A DNA stretch of 64,000 nucleotides. Source: Eledone cirrhosa. Lineage: Eukaryota. Below, one piece after another: positions 56,116 through 64,000 of this stretch. A program made the position numbers and the translations under genes. The notes beneath the pieces are model-generated. The model saw only the letters and a list, made by a program, of their open reading frames with translations, was not told where the DNA came from and ran no database searches. The stretch covers positions 274,226,001 to 274,290,000 of the forward strand of contig OZ024740.1 of the NCBI GenBank assembly GCA_964016885.1, in the 5' to 3' direction. How positions within the stretch are numbered: the first letter of the stretch is position 1; the number at the start of each line of letters is the position of its first letter.

Positions 56116-58295
56116 ACTTCTAATATATATATATATATATATATACATACATACACACATTCTTGTAATAACTGCAAATTCACATGTATAGACACAGAAA
56201 CATATACACATGTACACATATAACTCAAAACATACAGATACACACATGCAGTAATACACATACCTGTATACACACAAACACATACAGACTTACATATGTA
56301 TTTACCTAGTTAATGTCTAAATTCCAATGAAATTGTTTTTGTGAACATTTATAGAACAATTGTCTTTGACTTTGGTACAAGGTCAACAATTTTGGAGGGG
56401 GAAATCGATTAAATCCTCCCCAGTACGTTACTGGTGCTTTATTTTATCGACACCATAAGGTTAAAATGCAAAGCTAGCCTCGACAGGATTTGAACTCAGA
56501 ATGTAAAGGGCCATAATTCCATGACATAGCAAGATGTTGATGCTCTACCAATACTACCAATCCACCACCTTTATAAAATAAAAATAGAAAGACATACATG
56601 CACACGTAAATACATACATACAAACATACATACATACATTACCTAAACACATACATATACTTATAAAACACATACACACATAGGTTTTAAATCCATCATT
56701 TTAATCTAAGACCTGGAAAGAAAATCAGGTTTGGAACCATAATGTAATATGGTTGACTATTCTTAGAAATGAATACTGTGCCAACACTAAAATAAAAGCT
56801 TACTATATCAACCTCAAAATTTTCACTAAATCTGTTCCAAAACTGTTGTATGGAAATGCACCTGGAAAAGAATGCATAGAATGATACAAATCCAAAGTTT
56901 TTATATGGTACAGACAGCCACTTATATATTTTTAAATCCTTTGTGTGGTAACATTGATGGCTAAAATCAACTTGATATATGAACAGATTCAGTTGTTAAT
57001 AGTAAAAACAGCCACTTGGCTGAAAACAATACATTATTGTTTGTCAGAACATTATGTAGAAGTTCTAAACAGGATGTTTAAACCAATTTTTGAAGAGTAT
57101 TGAATTTCCAAAATGATGATAACTGATAATCAAACAAGTGGAAAGGTTGAAGTATGATGATGCACTTATCAAATTTTAATTAATAAAGCTGAGGTTTCAA
57201 GAAAACACATGGTTGAAACCTAATTATAGTATGGCATGATTATAAAAGGTATTTCATTCGATATTTAAATCATTGTCATTGAACTCATCATGCCTGTCAA
57301 TAGCATCTGTTGTCCAAGTTGCTGTCACTAAAAAGATAAGAAAGACTTCATCAACCATCAACACAATTGAATTGAAGCTGAAAGTACAATATTCATTTCT
57401 GGTGCTATAAGGACATTTCATATGTGCTTCTGTTTTATTTTTTGCACCAAACGGTTTAAAAAACCCAGTGGGTCTTCTCTCTCCCTCTTTTACTGGTTTC
57501 ACTCATTAGATAGACTTCAGCCATGCTGAGTCGCCATGTTAAAGTGATTTAGTCAAATATATATCAACAAGAGCAGTGATAAATATTGACCAAGTAAAAT
57601 GGCAGTGGTTTGTAAATAGAATCATCCTCTTAAACAATCTCTTAAAGGTACTTTAATTAAAAAGGTTAAATGAAATATAATTTTATTGATTGCATGCCAT
57701 ACTACACTCAATACTTTTCCTGATGTAACTTTAGTTTCTTTTGACTGAGCAAAAGTTCCCACAGTTTTTAAAAATACATATTATTCATCCTTATTTCATA
57801 GATCCAAGATAGATAAAACAAAAGTAACTGGTCTGAAAATAATCTACAAAATCCTGATATATGTGCAAGTATTATGCTTTTAAACAACTTTATCTATGAA
57901 AGGAAATCAAAAACATAATCACATTATTTAACATAACAAAACATGTTTGAGTATTACCATTTAAAAATCCTTAAATCTTTCAATGTTATATTCCTAATGA
58001 AACACACTGCCTATGGTTTTCAATTAATTTTGCGAATAACAACATTTTGGAGAAATTTAATAAACTACCTTTTTCATTAATAAGTTTAGAACATTACATA
58101 ACGAAAATTTCTAAAATATAATTATAATAGAATTTTAACTAAAATAAAATTATGATATAAGGATAAACACTTTAGAATGAGCAGTTTTATACCATAAATC
58201 CAAGCTGGGTTCAGGTGGTTTGGTATCAAATTGAAGACATAATGTTTAATGTAATGAAACAATTTTCAGTGTTATGCATTAAAAATACATAGCTA

Positions 58296-58404
58296 TAAAA
58301 TCTGTAACATAATAAAACAATTTATTATGTTACATAATAAAATCTGTAACATAATAAAACAATTTATTATGTTACATAATAAAATCTGTAACATAATAAA
58401 ACAA
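58296..58404. repeat. 42-bp tandem repeat x2.6, each unit a hairpin
   Basis: Unit contains TGTAACATAATAAA-ACAA-TTTATTATGTTACA. Confidence 0.9.
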
Positions 58405-58443
58405 CTTAATCTAGCTTAATTATGGAATGAAATCAAAGATATA

Positions 58444-58545
58444 CTGTATATACTCGAATATAAGCTGAGGAATATGTTACCAAAATTTCAATGGTAGAAA
58501 GAGGTCGGCTTATATTCGTATCAGCTTAAATTCGAGTATATACTG
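58444..58545. mobile_element. Tc2/pogo-type MITE, about 102 bp
   Basis: TA|CTGTATATACTCGAATATAAGCTGA...TCAGCTTAAATTCGAGTATATACTG|TA; 25-bp TIR with 2 mismatches. Confidence 0.8.
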
Positions 58546-61500
58546 TAATCAAAGTGTTTAGTGTAGTAAAACAATGTTTAGTGTTACGCTGTAAATAACC
58601 TTAGCTATGGAATGAAATTGAAAATGTAATCAAAATATTTAATGTAATGAAACAATGTTATGAAGATCTATAAACAGAAATACCACTGATGTGACTAAAG
58701 TGTCCTCTGTAACTTATGTAGCTAACAAACTGATGCCTGTCATTCTAACAATATACCAAGTGCCTTTTATATTGTCATCAACACTATATAGGTTGCCTTG
58801 TTGCAAGGTAAGTTTAAGTGTGAAAATAGAACAGATGTGATGGTTAATGGTAACACTGGAAGAGTCAACATGTTCCAAGGCTAATATAAAGAAAAGTGAA
58901 AATGGCAGAGTGTAATAACAAAGGTGGATATAGATGTATGATTATGAGTGTAAAGGGGAAAATAAAGTGATGAGGCTGCATGCTGTTTGTTTGTAGGATA
59001 TTTAATAAATAACATTAAAAGCATGGAAAGAGGAAATTTGGGGACAGATAGTCACAGGAGTGAGAGATCTAACCAGACAAATGAAACTTATTCATTGCAA
59101 TGAGATAAATAGTACTAATAACAGACCTTACTGAAACATGAAAAATGAAAATTTGTAGACCTATAGAAATAATGATTATAGTAAATGTAGACAGTAGAAG
59201 AAATTCTCTGCAGAATGGTAGGAAAACAAGAGATAAATCACATGTTAAATATTATGCTTATTTTCTCCTTCTTTTCTTTTTTCTTTATATTGACATATAT
59301 TTTTGCATATGGGTGAAAAGAAGCATTTCATTTGCACAGAAATATTTCATCTTGCTAATGGGTTATGTCAGCATGGTAACAAGGTCAATATTTCATTAGC
59401 AAAACTATTTACCATTTCATATTTACTACTAGCAACTTCTTTGGTCTAGTATTCATTCTCAGAGTAAGTTGAAAATCCACAAGGTAAAAGGTCAACCCTG
59501 GCAAGCTTTAGTGTCTTGGGGTCAGGTGAGACAATTATATATTCTGAAAATAAATTTGGATGAAAAGATATTCTGAAGAAAAGCATTTGATTTTTATTTA
59601 TATTCCTTTTCTTTTATTTTAATATTTGTTGTTGTTGTTGCTGCTGCTGTTGCATTTCTTAGGTCCAGCTTGCTGGAATTTCCTTTCCATATTTGCAAAA
59701 CACATCAAGCTGTCATTGAACATTAAATTTCCAGAAGCAAGGAAGATATATGTTTCTCATGGTGTTCCTAAAATATTTCACTTGTCTGAGGATCATCGCA
59801 CAAATATTAAAACATGCCAAAGAACTATTTCTAATTTAAATAAATAAATAAAAGCTTACAGGCAATATGTGGGGGAAGAACAGGACATAGTAAAAACTGG
59901 CATTTCAATTGGTCAACCTACAGAGTAGAAAGTCTAACAAACAGATGCAGCTGGTCAATTCTTACAATATGTTTCTAATATTTTGGCTTGCTTTCATGGT
60001 TTACAACTGTTATGAGTTACATCTTTATTCAAAACTGATCAAATGTTAGAATATTATTTTTCGTTGTTATGCATATAAAACATATATTATGTTGAAAATT
60101 ATTATTCTAAAAGAAAATGCAGAATAGAATTGAAACTATCATGTTTGGTTAGATGTAACAATATTAGAGTTCAAAGAAAATCCAATAAAGCCAAATATAT
60201 GCTTATTTTCTTTTTGTGGGCATAATTTAGGTTCATTCTTCCCATAGGCATTCACTATAGTCACAGCTAATTTATACTTAGTGGTAAAACACATTCACTG
60301 AATATTTTGTCTTGATTAGTGGATTGATTGTTATTATATTTCTAATGAAAGTCACTGTTTTTAATTAATACAGAACTTGCAGTGATATACTAAAACTATT
60401 TCATTTTTAAGGTGGCATTTAAAGGTGTTGGATTGGCAGTATAGGCAGATTGTTGAACACAATGCTTCATGGCATAGCATCACATCCCTTTATGTTCTGA
60501 GTTCAAATCCTGCCAAAATTATCTTTGACTTTCATCCTTATGGGGTCGATAAAATAAAGTACCAGTAATACACTGAGGAAGATTTAGTGGATGTTTCCTT
60601 CCACAACATTGTTGGCCTTGTGCCTAAATCAGAAAACATTATTAAGGTGGTATTCGTAACAAAAGGTTTCTATATCAACTTCTATTGGAAGGTTTTAATC
60701 TAAATAGAAACCATTTCAAATTGCTAGCTTTGTTTTATAGAACTAGAGGAAGCAATGTATTTTGTAGGATTCATGTGTGTGTCATTATCATAAACAAACT
60801 CAGTCACACACACACTTGCTTTCTTTCTCATACACATATATATGTTATTCCAAGTAATTCATGTTGGTTGATCAAGCAACATAAACACTCCATAAGGAAT
60901 TACATATATCTTATCAGATGGAGTGTCAGTATTATAAATATGAAGAGATAGACTATCATGTATACATGTTTAGTTTATTACAATGATGTAATAAACTGAA
61001 GATGTATATGTGATACCATATCTCTTCTTTTTATAATATATATATATTATATGTATATAAATATATATATATGTATATATATATGTATATATATTTATAT
61101 ACATATATTGATAGTCGATCAACTTTTATAATATATATATATTATATGTATATAAATATATATATATATGTATGTATATATATTTATATACATATATTGT
61201 TTCTACTTTAGGTACAAGGCCAGCAATTACCCAGTGCATTACTGGTACTTTATTTTATCGACCCCGTAAGGATGAAAGGCAAAGTCAACCTCGGCGGGAT
61301 TTAAACTCAGATCGTAAAGGGACGTAACTATGCTGGAAAGCATGGCGTCCGACCCTCTACGAATACTGCCAATCCACCGCCCATATATTTATATACATAT
61401 ATTGATAGTCGATCAGCTTTCGTCCAATCGGACAGAAGAAACAACGTTTCCATTGGTAGATGGAACAACATGAAATAAAGTACCTTGCCCAAGGACATAA

Positions 61501-61594
61501 CACATTGCCAAGTCCAGGAATCAAACTCACAACCCCACGATTTCAAATCCAATTCTCTAATCACTCAGCTGTGTGCCTTCACATTATATGAATG

Positions 61595-61815
61595 TGTGAC
61601 GAAAGAGCTTTGACAATATATAAACAAACTTCCAGATATCGAACCAACCAACTAGACAGAAATTTATAATGAATTGAAGAGAAAACCAACATGTGTGTGT
61701 TTTTATTGGCAACATGACCCTCACAAAGTATAACAATATATACTGTGACTTCTGGCGTCACGCAGTAATACAGAGTACCCGACCTCCCATGGGTACATGC
61801 TGAAGCATATAAACA
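61595..61815 (-). mobile_element. Possible solo-LTR-like element
   Basis: Minus strand TG...CA ends (TGTTTATA...CGTCACA), internal GTATATAT followed by AATAAA. Contains the 35-bp motif also seen at 1666-1700 and 27492-27595. Confidence 0.35.
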
Positions 61816-61834
61816 ATATGCCCCCACACCCCCC

Positions 61835-62106
61835 ACCGCGAGGTGGTCGTGGAGGTGCAACGGCAAAAAAGCACCCAGCCCACACTGTAAAGTGGACGTG
61901 TAGGCGCCACGAAAAAGCACCCAGCACTCACTGTAAATGAGGTTGGTGTTAGGAAGGGCATCCAGCTGTAGAAATCAAGCCAAATCAGTTCCTGTATGAG
62001 CAAGGCATGGTCAGCCGACCAGACACTGCACACAACAGGACAACCCGTCTAACCCATGCTAGCGTGGAAGAACGGACGTAAAGCGGTGATGATGATGATG
62101 ATGATG

Positions 62107-62107
<1 letters not shown>
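61835..62107 (+). mobile_element. RTE-tailed SINE-like fragment with duplicated AAAAGCACCCAGC unit
   Basis: Body shared with SINE family A and the LINE 5'UTR; (GAT)n tail. Confidence 0.8.
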
Positions 62108-62146
<39 letters not shown>

Positions 62147-62159
62147 GTGTGTGTGTGTG

Positions 62160-62366
62160 AGTCCTGGGTTCAATTGGTGGTAACCACGGTAAGTAAGGTA
62201 CTTAATACATTAGTAAAGTGTAAACAACAAATTTAATATAGAAATGGCTTCTACAGAACTAGAACTGTTTCATTCAAAGGAAATCATCAGGAGAGGCTTC
62301 CCTGATGATTTGCTTCAAAAGAAACAGTTCTAGTCTTGTAGAAGCCATTTCTATATTAAATTTGTT
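62160..62366. mobile_element. PLE-like inverted repeat (62226-62291 / 62301-62366) with back-to-back hammerhead-like cores
   Basis: Plus strand CTGATGA TTTGCTTCAAAA GAAAC AGTT CTA; minus strand CTGATGA TTTCCTTTGAAT GAAAC AGTT CTA; 9-nt spacer. Confidence 0.65.
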
Positions 62367-62368
62367 AT

Positions 62369-62712
62369 ATCATCATCATCATCATTTCATTTAACGTCCA
62401 CTTTTCCCTGCTTGCAAGGGTGGGACAGGAACTGATTCTGGCTTGATTTCTACAGCTGGATGCCCTTCCTAACACCAACCTCATTTACAGTGAGTGCTGG
62501 GTGGTATTTTGAGGTGGCAACTACACGTCCACTTTGCAGTGGAATGATAGGGACCCCAGTCCCTATCATCTCATTTCTACAGCTGAGTAAACTGGAGCAA
62601 TGTGAAATAAAGTGTCCTGCTCAAGGAAACAACACATCACCCGGTCTGAGAATTGAACTTACAACCTTTCGATTGCGAGGCCAATGCTCTAACCACTAAG
62701 CCATGTGCCTTC
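62369..62712 (-). mobile_element. SINE family A, full length
   Basis: Near-identical to 40911-41249. Confidence 0.9.
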
Positions 62713-62720
62713 ATAGAGAT

Positions 62721-62772
<52 letters not shown>

Positions 62773-62812
<40 letters not shown>

Positions 62813-64000
62813 ACGTTTAACGTCCGTGTTCCACGCTTGCATGGGTTTGGACGGGGGGTAGTCCCACTTGAGGCAAGATTGGTTGTCTTGCTCGCATAGG
62901 ACTGTCTGGCAGGTTTTCTACAGTTGGATGCCCTTCCTAACACCAACCACATTTACAGTGTGGGTCTGGGAGGTTTTTGCCGTGTTGCCTACACGGCCAC
63001 ATTACAGCGTGGACTGTGTGTTTTTTTGTCGTGACACCTACACGATCTCATTTGTTTCCGTCTCGATGGTGTGGCACCAACATAACTTTACATAGAACGG
63101 GGTGGGGTGGGGGGTGGGGGGTATTTTGTTAGAGATGCCTACTGGCTGTAGTAGGTTTTACTATGTATTTAGGTAAGGCGGGTCTTCTCTGTTACTGAGT
63201 ACCTCCAAAGGTCTCGGTCCAGTGACATTGTCTTGGAGAGGTGTAAGTGTGTGAGGTCGGAGTTTATCAGCTCGTCCCAGGTTTTTCTAGGTCTGCCTAT
63301 TCCGTGGCTACCATCTATCTTTATTGCCCTGCACTTTGTTATACAGCTATCGACTTTCATGCGCATCACGTGTCCATACCAACGTAGCCTTCTCTCGAGT
63401 AAACAACATCTGATCCCTCTTATTTCTAATTTTTTCCTCAGTTCGTTTATGCTTTGCCGTTCACGTATATTACTGTTACACATCCAGCGGAGCATGCAAG
63501 CTTCGTTCCTCTCTAGTCTGCGTATATCCTCTGCACACAATGCCCAGGTCTCACTGCCATGCAACATTGCTGTTCGTATGCAGGCATCGTACAACCTGCC
63601 TTTCATTTTTAGGGAGAATCCTTTAGCAGCTAATAGTGGTATAAGCTCTCTGAACTTTTTCCAACCAGTTCTGACTCTAGCTACTGTACTTTCAGAGCAC
63701 CCTCCCCCACTGCTGATTTCATCACCCAGGTAACGGAAGCTGTCCACTATTTCTATAGAACCCTCTGCGCAATTGAAAGAGCTAGTATTTGTGGGCACTT
63801 GCTGCTACTTATTGCACCAGAGCACCGGCCACATGTAAAATCTATGTTCTTAGTTAGCTTACCTGTGATCCCACTACATCTTTTATGCACCCATACTTTG
63901 CATTTAGGACATAAAATGGAGTTTCTACCTACGCCTTTCCTACACACCGAGCACGACCATTTCCCAGAAGGGACCGCCGCCTTATTTTCTTTCCTACAAA
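62773..64000 (-). mobile_element. RTE LINE family 2 3' portion (continues beyond window): RT C-terminus, PHD-type finger, about 400-bp 3'UTR, (GAT)n tail
   Basis: ORFs 63753-63947 and 63169-63798 (one frameshift): CSVCRKGVGRNSILCPKCKVWVHKRC...CGRC, DSFRYLGD, GRPRKTW. Confidence 0.93.

Overview
AT-rich eukaryotic, repeat-dominated DNA with no confidently identifiable host gene. The repeat inventory (RTE/BovB-type LINEs with (GAT)n tails, tRNA-headed SINEs sharing RTE 5'UTR and 3' tail sequence, very long (AT)n microsatellites) suggests a cephalopod, probably octopus (inference). Contents: one near-full-length decayed RTE LINE (about 12.3-15.5 kb; APE endonuclease, RT, PHD-type finger), many 5'-truncated RTE copies, an R4/Dong-like RLE fragment, Penelope-like element (PLE) RT and GIY-YIG remnants, several SINE families, at least four non-autonomous Helitron-like elements (three carrying tandem repeat arrays), and hAT, mariner and Tc2-type MITEs. 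The most striking signal is about a dozen minimal type I hammerhead ribozyme motifs from several unrelated sequence families. Most lie in or between divergent inverted repeats embedded in (TA)n tracts, and three carry the compensatory U3-A8 core variant. Most ORFs in the supplied track are microsatellite artefacts or antisense shadows of LINEs.
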